From an uncultured bacterium (lineage in GTDB: Bacteria; Patescibacteriota; JACMRA01), in contig OY969926.1 of the NCBI GenBank assembly GCA_963704645.1, positions 896,001-960,000 on the forward strand: a stretch of 64,000 nucleotides of DNA, given 5' to 3'. The notes beneath the pieces are model-generated. The model saw only the letters and a list, made by a program, of their open reading frames with translations, was not told the origin of the DNA and searched no databases. Shown here piece after piece: positions 8,957-17,692 of the stretch. How positions within the stretch are numbered: the stretch's first letter is position 1; each line of letters begins with the position of its first letter. The translations under genes and the position numbers were made by a program.

Positions 8957-10069
8957 TTATCTATCTTTTAGTCTTTTAAAAATATCTTCGTGGTTATCTA
9001 TTAGCTTAATAAATTCTTCAGTTTTTTGCTCTATTTGTTCACTTTCTTCAGACAAAAACTTTTGATATTCTTCTTCAGACAGTGATGACAAATATGGCTC
9101 TAGGGCTTCGTGTAAAATATCTCTAAAAGCTTTATCACGGCTGGCCATTAACATTCTTGCGGTGTCTTTAATTGGTTTTAAAAAGGGAGAATTGAAACAA
9201 AATTTAAAAACTTCCTCGGCCTCGTCTTGTAATAAAGGTCTTTTCTGGTCTTCATATTTTTGCTTTAAAGCTTCAGTTATGCCATTTTCATAACCGGAAA
9301 CTACATCTAATATCTCTCTGTAAAGTGTGTGCCTAAGGTTATCTCTTGCCCCTAATTTAAGCAGTTGTCTATATTCTCTGGCGTTTTCACCGAATAAGTC
9401 TTTATATATTAAATCTGTAAAATATGGATACTTAAAATTTCCCAGCTCTGGTGAAAGATAGTCTTTTAAACCATCTGTAAAAGCTTTTCTATAGTCTTTG
9501 TTTTGCAAATAGCTTTGTGTAAAAGTTTCGTCTCGCTGATTAATATATTTGGTTTTACCACCTGTTTTAGATCTCATCACATCTACTACAATATCTAATA
9601 TCTTAGATCTTAATTCTTGTGCTACTAAACTATTTTTAAGAAGCATTCCAACGTTTAGAAAAGCTCTAAAATCAAAAACACCCAAGACAGTAGTTTTGGT
9701 ACCTGCAGGTTTGCGGTTCACATCTGGGTTTGTGTCTATTTCATCAGCTTTTGACGTAAAATTAGAATTATCACTTTTGGTACCGACATTGTTGTCGCTC
9801 ACATACTTATTTTTGGCTATTTTAAGGCGTTTTCCCGTAAGAATTTCGTAGCCATTTTTTCGTAGTTCTTGCTCGTTTTCTTCTATCATCCTTTCCAAAG
9901 TTCTCTCATCAACTTGATAAAAATCTGCTACATCTTGTTTTAGAATATAAATTTTACCTTCCATTTCAAAATAAGGAAAATTTTTCACTTCTTCCTGAAT
10001 TTTAGACAAAGCAAAGGGGTTATTTAGTATATTTTGCCGGTCAATGTTAGATTGTGTTATATCTGGCAT
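8957..10069 (-). CDS. DNA-binding protein of the type found with Doc/Fic toxins
   Basis: DRQNILNN, VADFYQVDERT.ER, FLNVGMLL..S..A..LR, YINQRD, MASRD. Confidence 0.75.
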   Translation of the reverse strand: MPDITQSNIDRQNILNNPFALSKIQEEVKNFPYFEMEGKIYILKQDVADFYQVDERTLERMIEENEQELRKNGYEILTGKRLKIAKNKYVSDNNVGTKSDNSNFTSKADEIDTNPDVNRKPAGTKTTVLGVFDFRAFLNVGMLLKNSLVAQELRSKILDIVVDVMRSKTGGKTKYINQRDETFTQSYLQNKDYRKAFTDGLKDYLSPELGNFKYPYFTDLIYKDLFGENAREYRQLLKLGARDNLRHTLYREILDVVSGYENGITEALKQKYEDQKRPLLQDEAEEVFKFCFNSPFLKPIKDTARMLMASRDKAFRDILHEALEPYLSSLSEEEYQKFLSEESEQIEQKTEEFIKLIDNHEDIFKRLKDR

Positions 10070-10125
10070 AGCTTGAAGGTTTTATTTTGTTTATAGCTTA
10101 ATCTTTCATTATATATAGAAATGTA

Positions 10126-10218
10126 CAACTAAATTAATACCCTAAAATTACACTTAAACCCTACCTTTTGGCAAATATGGGTAGCCAAAGCTTCAGTCTG
10201 AAAATATATGCTTAAAAA
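10126..10218. repeat. ~93-bp direct repeat copy 2
   Basis: Matches 8397-8489; the first ~59 bp differ at one base. Confidence 0.9.
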
Positions 10219-10317
10219 GGTTAGAGTAGGGCAGTGTAACTTTCATTGCCAAACCCTAAAAACTGTGCTTTTCTATAAGTATTGTTTCAATTTTGAACAA
10301 TTTAAGGAGTAAAAGTA

Positions 10318-10569
10318 ATGGATCCCAGATTTGAAAAGTATAGAAATGAAACTTATTTTCTAGCTGTAGTTTGCGGCGTAACAATAACCTTAACAAAAAA
10401 TGAGGTAAGACCCATTGCCAAGAAAATTACAGGACTTTCTGACAAGCCCTTCTTTCCAGAGACCATTGTGGATATCGCTCCAACTGACGTTGCTTACGGT
10501 GGTTTAATAGTTTTAGTTTCAACGCTAGTCTTTGCTTTCGGTGTGCTAACTTTTGGAAAGAGGGGGTGA
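10318..10569 (+). CDS. Small 2-TM membrane protein, paralog of 12906..13142 (cassette 1)
   Basis: TLT....RPI.K.ITGLSDK....V.IAPTD.AY shared; AAGGAG SD. Confidence 0.8.
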   Translation: MDPRFEKYRNETYFLAVVCGVTITLTKNEVRPIAKKITGLSDKPFFPETIVDIAPTDVAYGGLIVLVSTLVFAFGVLTFGKRG

Positions 10570-10595
10570 GTTTTTTTGTTCAGTACAAATATTTA

Positions 10596-10623
10596 AATAG
10601 CTTGAGTGACACAGGCTATTTTT
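10596..10623 (+). terminator. Cassette terminator AATAGCTTGA..CACAGGCTATTTTT
   Basis: Recurs at 11970-11995 and 12763-12790. Confidence 0.75.
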
Positions 10624-10656
10624 CTTTGCTCTAAAATCTCTCATTTCTTGGGCTAA

Positions 10657-11626
10657 TTAAGTAAAAAACCTATCAAAGGCCAAATCAATTTGCTTTCTAA
10701 ACTCTGGAAATTCGCTTTTCGACATTATTTGTATGGCAAACAACAGCTTAATTTCGTTTTCAAAGTTTTCATCCCAAAGTTCTGGATATTGGTTTATAAA
10801 CACATCAAAAACGTGTGGCATTTGTGTGGTATAAAACTTTTTAAGCTGTGCTGGAACAACGGCCGTGGGTAGGAAAGTAAATAAAAATACTGCAAGTAAT
10901 TCTCTAAATCTTGGGGCAAAGTGTGAATAATCAAAATCTATAAAAATTTAAGTTTAAGTTTTCATCAATCAAAATATTTTCTAGGTGAACATCGCAGTGA
11001 ATTAAAAATATTTCTTGGCTAATTAATTTTTCAGAGGTATTTTTTCTAATTTCTTGGAAGGTTTGTCTTATATTTTCAGGCAAATGTTTGCCGTCTTTAG
11101 CTATTGTTCTATCAAATTCATCTAAAATTCGCTTGGTGGAATATTCAAAGTTAAATATTGGCTGGTGAAAATCTTTTAATTTATCAATAACTTTTACAAT
11201 TGTTTTAATTTGGTCTTCGGAATTTAATTTGTAGAAAAAATCAACTAGCGGTTTAGACTTAGTGTAATACTCACTCACTACCACAGCAGTTCCTAATGCT
11301 TCATCATATTCAGTAAAAAACAGAATTCCTAAACTTGTTAACGAAATTTTAGATTCAGCTAAATCTGTATAATTTTGAATTAGTCTTTGCTTATAAACCC
11401 CCTCATTTCTTAGCTGGTTTTTATATTTAGGAACAAAAATTTTCACAATTATTTCTTGCCCAATAAGAACGGTTAGGGTGGTTTGTCCACCTTCCATAAT
11501 TTTAATTGGCTCATTAACTAATTTAGGGTAATTTTGTGAAATCCAATGCGGTAATACTTCCAGTTTCTCTAAAGAAATTTCCGATAAAGATAGTAAAAAC
11601 TGAGGATTAACAATATTTTTTAGCAT
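10657..11626 (-). pseudogene. APH/choline-kinase-like phosphotransferase, frameshifted
   Basis: HCDVHLENIL motif; the IDFD motif appears only after a 1-nt shift at the A5 run (~10942), and a second shift near 10760 restores a C-terminus ending at 10657. Confidence 0.7.
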
Positions 11627-11756
11627 ATTTTCTTATCATTTAAAAGCGGTATAAAGCCAAGCTTGTCAAAACGTTGTGGTAAAAGAAATTGGTGGGTTAC
11701 AATTGCCAAATGCCAAAAACTGTGCTTTTATGTAAGTAGAACTTTTGGATTAAATA

Positions 11757-11960
11757 ATGTTGTATAAAAACATTTACCGCTATGGTTTGGGTTTGACATC
11801 GATCATCGTAGTTTTACTGTTAGCTATTCTTTTCATCCCAGAGCTTGGAACTAAGACAAGTAAAGATCCTAAGAATGATAACATAATTTACATACTTATT
11901 TGGACTGGAAGTGCATCAGCCTTAGCCACATTTTGGGCAAGGGGGAAACTAGAAGGATGA
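11757..11960 (+). CDS. Small 2-TM membrane protein (cassette 2)
   Basis: Two hydrophobic segments; flanked by the conserved promoter (11703) and terminator (11970). Confidence 0.7.
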   Translation: MLYKNIYRYGLGLTSIIVVLLLAILFIPELGTKTSKDPKNDNIIYILIWTGSASALATFWARGKLEG

Positions 11961-12076
11961 CTTATAAAGAATAGCTTGAACCACAGGCTATTTTTCTATG
12001 GGAGTCTTAAATTGCCAAATGCCAAAAAGCATGCCTTAATTAGTTGTTATTCTATTTTAGAACAAACTGAGGAAAA

Positions 12077-12328
12077 ATGTCTCAAAAGAATACGGATTAT
12101 TTATTGCCAGCTATATATCTTCTAGTTGTGTGGATGTTTGTAAACTCCACTTGGAGGTTTTTTGGAGATCTAATTTCAAACATGTTTGGGTTATCCAACC
12201 AACCCAATTTTTACGAAGTAGGTAATATTTTTAGAATAATATTGCCATCGCAGGCTGCATTACCATATGTTTTTATGGTTGGAATGTTGTCCGGGTGGGT
12301 ATATTATAAATATATAGATAGAATTTAA
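12077..12328 (+). CDS. Small 2-TM membrane protein (cassette 3)
   Basis: Promoter at 12012, GAGG SD, hairpin at 12334-12356. Confidence 0.7.
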   Translation: MSQKNTDYLLPAIYLLVVWMFVNSTWRFFGDLISNMFGLSNQPNFYEVGNIFRIILPSQAALPYVFMVGMLSGWVYYKYIDRI

Positions 12329-12437
12329 TTTTAATTGCCCTGCAAGCCAGGGTGATATTTTTTTAGAAAAGGTTTGCTAAAATTATTAAACTGTGCCTAA
12401 ATAAGAAAGTTGCTGAAATTATAACAATGGAGATAAA

Positions 12438-12755
12438 ATGATTCTAATTCAATTTGTGGTAGGCATTCTGATATCAATATTTGCAGAATATCTTCTGAAG
12501 AATATTATAACTTCAACTAGCGAAACAACCTTTGTTTTATTGTTTGCCATTTTTTTTCTAGTAGGTTTGGCAGTTACTTTTATTTGTGTACCACGTAAAA
12601 TGCTGTTCAATTTTTTCGCATCAGCATTTCTAGGGTATGTTTTTAGTATCAGTTATTTTGCACTGATAGGCTCAGTGCTTACGCTAGATAAGACATTTCT
12701 TTTACTTTTTTACTTCGTAATTTTATATATATACGTGCTGGGCGTGACAGCCTAA
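12438..12755 (+). CDS. Small multi-TM membrane protein (cassette 4)
   Basis: Highly hydrophobic; GGAG SD; terminator at 12763. Confidence 0.7.
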   Translation: MILIQFVVGILISIFAEYLLKNIITSTSETTFVLLFAIFFLVGLAVTFICVPRKMLFNFFASAFLGYVFSISYFALIGSVLTLDKTFLLLFYFVILYIYVLGVTA

Positions 12756-12905
12756 TTTTAATAATAGCTTGAGTTACACAGGCTATTTTTCTTATTCTAA
12801 ATTTTTTGCACATTATTTTTTCTTGTTTTTAAAAATATTTGCCAAACATTAAAATATTTAGCTTCTTATTTACATAGTTCAATTTGAAACAATTTAGAGG
12901 AAATA

Positions 12906-13142
12906 ATGAATTTGAGACTAAGGAACTATGAAAAAAAAGTAAATTTAACAGCTCTGTTTTTCGGAGTCTTCGCCACTCTTACCAGGGAAGCAGCAAGACC
13001 AATTGTTAAAAGTATAACAGGTTTGTCTGATAAAATTTATGAAGGTTTGGTTGTTGAAATTGCGCCAACTGATATTGCGTATATTGGTGTAATTGCGCTT
13101 ATTGTTTGCAGTGCTTTATTTCTGCTCAACCAGCGCAAGTAG
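12906..13142 (+). CDS. Small 2-TM membrane protein, paralog of 10318..10569 (cassette 5)
   Basis: ITGLSDK...IAPTDIAY; GAGG SD; hairpin at 13185-13208. Confidence 0.8.
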   Translation: MNLRLRNYEKKVNLTALFFGVFATLTREAARPIVKSITGLSDKIYEGLVVEIAPTDIAYIGVIALIVCSALFLLNQRK

Positions 13143-13215
13143 TGAAGCTAAACTAATTCAATTTGTGTTGTAAATAATATTCTGCACCCTAAATAATAGG
13201 GTGTTTTTCTTTGCC

Positions 13216-14184
13216 CTAAAACCTTTTTGCCCAACCCTGCCTGTTTATTTTTATAAATCTTAAAATGTTAATAATTATAAGTAATTCTTTCACAATGTCT
13301 AAAATTTGCTTGTAGTCTGTGGCTTTTAAATAAATTTTAGGGTCGAACAAATTAACTGGTTCTGGTGAAATTTTGTTTGTGCTTACTGGTTTCCAGCTAA
13401 AAAATATTTTTCGATCATTCACTATTAAGGTAATTTTCTGGTTGAATCTTTGGTGCAAATCTAGCAAATAATCCATAACCGCAGGGTTTAAAATGAACCT
13501 GGCAAATACTTCATCGTTACTGTAAAAATCGTATATTTCAGCTAATCTTGGGCTTTCTAAGTTAATTTTTAGCAATTCAGGAAACTTTCTAAACTTGGTT
13601 TTTTCAACCACATGCAAAATTCCACCATAAGTAGAATAATTTAAGTCCATAAAACCCAATAAACCTTTAAATGTAGTTGTTTTTGTTAAATTAAAATTGG
13701 CATGTGTCGTATTTTCGCTTATAAAAATTTCAGACATTTCAAAAGGCATGCCATCAATATTTGTAATTACCAAGTCTTCCCCAGAAATAATTGTGTCTGG
13801 TGTATAGTTTAAATCTAAAATTCTAGAAGACAATATTGCATCTATTTCCAAGTGTCTTTCCGGGTAATAAGACATATTGGGGAAAATTGCCTGAAATAAT
13901 GGTTGAATAATTTCGTTTTTGTATCTTTTTTTGTATGGTTTTTGCCCAAGAAATACCATAGCCAAACTTCCAAAGATAAAATATGAACAAGCAAAAGCCA
14001 AATCAAAGTCACGCTCGAACGGAGCCACAAAAAGTAAAAGCAAAGTGAAAATTAAGGCTATTCCAGCTGCAATTCTAGTTGTACTCCAAATAATCTTTCT
14101 AAGCTTTTCAAGCTCAACTAATTTGTGTTCTAAGTTTTGTGCAACAAAGTCCTCCACCTGCTTAAAATATTCGTCCGAGTTCAT
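13216..14184 (-). CDS. DUF3137-like membrane-anchored protein
   Basis: Two N-terminal TMs, YK..YK.EII, GED, FKGL, LES..F/L...YS.D...AR.IL.P..M..L. Confidence 0.75.
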   Translation of the reverse strand: MNSDEYFKQVEDFVAQNLEHKLVELEKLRKIIWSTTRIAAGIALIFTLLLLFVAPFERDFDLAFACSYFIFGSLAMVFLGQKPYKKRYKNEIIQPLFQAIFPNMSYYPERHLEIDAILSSRILDLNYTPDTIISGEDLVITNIDGMPFEMSEIFISENTTHANFNLTKTTTFKGLLGFMDLNYSTYGGILHVVEKTKFRKFPELLKINLESPRLAEIYDFYSNDEVFARFILNPAVMDYLLDLHQRFNQKITLIVNDRKIFFSWKPVSTNKISPEPVNLFDPKIYLKATDYKQILDIVKELLIIINILRFIKINRQGWAKRF

Positions 14185-14192
14185 ACTTAGTA

Positions 14193-14222
14193 TTAAAACA
14201 AATGTTTTGGGTTTAGCCTAAT
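14193..14222 (-). repeat. Copy of the priA 3' end (IRLNPKHLF*)
   Basis: att agg cta aac cca aaa cat ttg ttt taa versus priA gtt agg cta aac cct aag cat ttg ttt tag. Confidence 0.88.
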
Positions 14223-14349
14223 TCGAAATATCTTTTAATAACCGAACAAGGTTTTTAAATCTTCATTTAAATTGCATAAAAAAAGAGCCTAAAAAATTCT
14301 AAACTCTAGTTTGTATTTTATTTGTTTCTACCGGCGTATTGTTGCCAAA

Positions 14350-14802
14350 TTAGTTTGAATAACCAATAGCTTCCGATAGATCAGCACCATTGAGATTTAC
14401 CCGATCAAGTATTGCACCAGTTAGATTAGCATCAGATAGATCAGCATCTGTTAAATCTGTGTTTTGCAAACATGCCCAACTTAATGTTGAATTAGTCATG
14501 ATTGCTCTACACAGAATAGCCCCTGATAGATCCGCATTATTCAGAACAAGAAAGGATTCTGAAGTAATATCAGAAAAGTTTGCTCCTGTTAAATTTCCAT
14601 ATTGCAGGTTTGTTCTAGTCAGAATAGCTCTAGAAAGATCAGCTCTATTCAAATTAGCTCCGCCTGATATGTCTGCCCTCGAGAGATCTGCTTCCGAAAG
14701 ATTCGCGCCTTCCAAATTTGCTTTAAACAACTTTGCATTTGTCAGATTCGTGCGTTGAAGATTCGCACCAGAAAAATTAACACCATTCAGAAAAGCTTCA
14801 GT
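14350..14802 (-). pseudogene. Pentapeptide-repeat protein, apparently 5'-truncated
   Basis: A(D/N)LxxA repeats run in frame up to the priA-tail copy at 14805 with no proper start; the track's TTG at 14730 is mid-repeat. Confidence 0.75.
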
Positions 14803-14804
14803 TT

Positions 14805-14833
14805 TTAAAACAAATGTTTGGGTTTAAGCTAAT
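14805..14833 (-). repeat. Second, decayed copy of the priA 3' end
   Basis: att agc tta aac cca aa- cat ttg ttt taa (1-nt deletion). Confidence 0.85.
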
Positions 14834-14935
14834 TTTGTTGATTCACATAAATAAATCTTAGGATGTTAAGAATTGTTCACAATTAATTTAATGGCTGGTT
14901 AATAAATTCAATCTAAGTTATAATTTGCTCATTCT

Positions 14936-15745
14936 ATGATAGAAGACTCGTATAACCAAAGAAGTGAATTTGAGCTGAGAAGCACTATAGAATACTTTGA
15001 AAACAGAAAAGAGCAAATAACCATGCAAGAACTTTCTGATTTTTTTGGAGTAATTTTAGTCCATTCGCTTCCCGATGACACCGAAGATCAGGTGCTAAAT
15101 GATAAAATTAAAGACTATACTAGCTATCAATTGTTAGAAATCGCTTTAGATAAATGTTTAAATAATCCAATTGAAAATTTGGCTTTCTGCTCTGTGCAAA
15201 GAGGTGATGATTACAACCGATGGTTTGGCAGATTTTTTGGTGTAGTTACCTTGAGCGGAAAAATTGTACAGACTTCTGTAAGCGACGCAAATTCTTGGCA
15301 TAAAGAGCATGGGCATTATGAAGAGACATCAACCAATAAAGACATTTTAGCCGCCATTAGACCAGGTAAAAGTTCCAAAAAAAATGAAATAAATATTAGA
15401 ACTGAGCCAAATCTTCTTCTACCTTTTTTAGACTTAGACCATGTTTTAGGAAGCCTAAAGTGGGGTGCTCAAACAAAAGAACGCCTTACAAATTTATCTG
15501 TAGTTGATCAATTCTTTAGGTTTAAAAAACTTATGGATGAACGGAATCTTCCTTATATTGGCTTATACAAAGGGAGTGTGGTTGAATTTGTACCTGAAGT
15601 AATGGCTGAAGAAATTAGTGGTTTTGAAGAAATAACTGAAGAAAATTATCAAAAATGGAGAAGCAATATGGCTATGCTAAAGGTTAAGATGAATTATTTA
15701 AAACCATTAACTTTTGACCAGCTCACTAACTTTACAAAGCTTTAG
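14936..15745 (+). CDS. Hypothetical protein
   Basis: 269-aa ORF between two priA tails, bracketed by ~22-bp imperfect inverted repeats. Confidence 0.75.
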   Translation: MIEDSYNQRSEFELRSTIEYFENRKEQITMQELSDFFGVILVHSLPDDTEDQVLNDKIKDYTSYQLLEIALDKCLNNPIENLAFCSVQRGDDYNRWFGRFFGVVTLSGKIVQTSVSDANSWHKEHGHYEETSTNKDILAAIRPGKSSKKNEINIRTEPNLLLPFLDLDHVLGSLKWGAQTKERLTNLSVVDQFFRFKKLMDERNLPYIGLYKGSVVEFVPEVMAEEISGFEEITEENYQKWRSNMAMLKVKMNYLKPLTFDQLTNFTKL

Positions 15746-15771
15746 CAAATTTTTTGTGTGAATCATTCAAG

Positions 15772-16935
15772 CTAAAACAAATGCTTAGGGTTTAGCCTAA
15801 CTTGCAGGCGTTTTTGTAAAGCTAAAGTTCCTATAGTTTGCCTTAGTGTACTAAATTTAGTGTATCCTTTAGGGTATCTTATCAATATATGGAAGGAATA
15901 CATGTTTTTTCGTCTTAAAAAACGTGCAGGGTAGGGTGAACCTACTTCAATTTCTGGCATTTCTGCTTTAACTGTGAAAATATAGTTTTTCAAATCTTGC
16001 AGAACGTTTAAGGCCACACTTTTGTCTTTTTCTTGGGAAGTAATTAGTAGAAGATTATAAAATGGAGGAAACTTAAATTTTTCACGCAAACGTTTTTCTT
16101 CTTCCAAAAAAGTATTGTACCAATTTAAAATGGTTTGATATTGCGGGTGAATTCTGTTCAACCTTAAAACTTCTTTAAAAAAACTATTCTCTGGGTTGGT
16201 TGTATCAAAATATATATGACAAGCTGGGTTTACCTGGTTTAAAACCTCGGCCAACTGCTTGTGCACGTCTTCTTGAACCAGATAATCTGGGCTGGCTAAC
16301 AAATTATCGGCTTGAACAAAAACAATTTTATTGAAAATAGAATAATTAATTTGTGGGTCATAAACCCTTACACTTACAGCATTTTGGCCATCTACAAGGG
16401 CTTCTAAAGTATCACTTAAAATGTTAGATTTTCTTTTATTTTCGCTAATTTGTATTATAAAACTGTCTTGTTTCTGTAAAAATTCTATATTTTCCTCATC
16501 AATTACACCATTAGGCATTGCTGAAAGTAGTGTTTCAAAATTTGCCCCCTCATCTGATTTTTCATCTTTTGGAAGATTATCGATCGTATTCTTGTCTTTT
16601 CTTTTGGAAACTTTTTCTGTTTTTAACCAATCTGGAGTAGGGGACTTTCCTGCAAAATTATATGTTTTAGTTTCGCTTAAATTGTCTAAAACGTTAATAA
16701 GCTCATCAATTCCGGCAAAAATAGAAGAAAAGTTTTGGCCATGACAACTTGGACACTTGTTTGGATAGTTATAAAAAGTTTGGCATTGGTGACAAACCAA
16801 CTCTAATTTATAAGGCGAAGTTCTATAAGTTACTAAATTAGCATCACAATTTTGACATTGAAAATTATGCCCACAATCTTGGCAACGTGTTAACTGAAAA
16901 AGCCCTCTTCGGGGGTGAATGTATAAGGTTGGCAT
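15772..16935 (-). CDS. priA: Primosomal protein N' (PriA), C-terminal half
   Basis: RRG..C..C...C..C...C..C...C..C Cys-rich region; R...KFPPF; C-terminal RLNP. Confidence 0.85.
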   Translation of the reverse strand: MPTLYIHPRRGLFQLTRCQDCGHNFQCQNCDANLVTYRTSPYKLELVCHQCQTFYNYPNKCPSCHGQNFSSIFAGIDELINVLDNLSETKTYNFAGKSPTPDWLKTEKVSKRKDKNTIDNLPKDEKSDEGANFETLLSAMPNGVIDEENIEFLQKQDSFIIQISENKRKSNILSDTLEALVDGQNAVSVRVYDPQINYSIFNKIVFVQADNLLASPDYLVQEDVHKQLAEVLNQVNPACHIYFDTTNPENSFFKEVLRLNRIHPQYQTILNWYNTFLEEEKRLREKFKFPPFYNLLLITSQEKDKSVALNVLQDLKNYIFTVKAEMPEIEVGSPYPARFLRRKNMYSFHILIRYPKGYTKFSTLRQTIGTLALQKRLQVRLNPKHLF

Positions 16936-16970
16936 TTTGAATTACTTTGGTGTCTTCTAAACTTTGAGCC

Positions 16971-17047
16971 TGTCATACCGATCTTGTTTCAGAGTCTAAA
17001 ACTTAATCTTGTCTCATTCATGTATGGCTCGCAAGCTTCGCTGCTAC
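16971..17047. repeat. Composite palindromic repeats (degenerate TGTCA-type + GTAG-type REP)
   Basis: tgtcataccgatcttgtttcagagtcta; tggctcgcaagcttcgctgctac. Confidence 0.7.
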
Positions 17048-17148
17048 TTTATATGTTCTCAATCAAGCAAATACTGGTCAAATTGACTTTTGGGATAAAG
17101 TGTGATTCCAATGTATAAGGAAAAAGTTTAATCTGAGGCATAATTATT

Positions 17149-17544
17149 TTGGAAAAAATTGAAGTTGGAGCTGATGGTATTATTGCATATTTGTTGAAGA
17201 GCAGGAAAGCAGGGAAATATATATTTTTTAACAATACTCCAGTGTCGGTATTTATTTCTAGGTGGGAAGACAACGAAGGCCAAGTTTTAAAAGATATTGA
17301 AATTTTACCTCGTGAATTTGGCTTAGAACCAATTGATTTCACTTCAGAAAATGAAATTTCTTCTCTATTTGATAACTCGACATTAAATATTTATATACTA
17401 CAACTATTTGTAGTGGTCGATGATCCATCTTGTAATAAACTAGTAAAAAAGTTTTACCGTTCTTGTCAGTTTGGTGACGTTCTAGTAAGTTATTTCTCAC
17501 CTATAGACTTCTACGAACATTTTCAATTTAATGATGATCTGTAA
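17149..17544 (+). CDS. Hypothetical ORFan cassette between the two priA halves
   Basis: 131-aa ORF, TTGACT upstream, hairpin ctctcaa...ttgagag + T-run downstream. Confidence 0.6.
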   Translation: MEKIEVGADGIIAYLLKSRKAGKYIFFNNTPVSVFISRWEDNEGQVLKDIEILPREFGLEPIDFTSENEISSLFDNSTLNIYILQLFVVVDDPSCNKLVKKFYRSCQFGDVLVSYFSPIDFYEHFQFNDDL

Positions 17545-17692
17545 TTTGGATATGTAAGATTAGCTCTCAACACCTTGCTTGAGAGTTTTTTTGTTGCAAG
17601 ATGAAAGTAATATAATATGGAAGCCATATCATCTATCTTAAAAAGCATATATTTTATTTGAAATAGGAGATAATCTCCACTCGCTGTTTTAT

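Noticed and set aside
2615-10218. Prophage or autonomous mobile element
   Set aside because: No integrase, transposase, replication or virion genes recognised
10246-13208. Classical integron cassette array
   Set aside because: Hairpins lack RYYYAAC/GTTRRRY attC ends, end in T-runs like terminators, and no IntI is present
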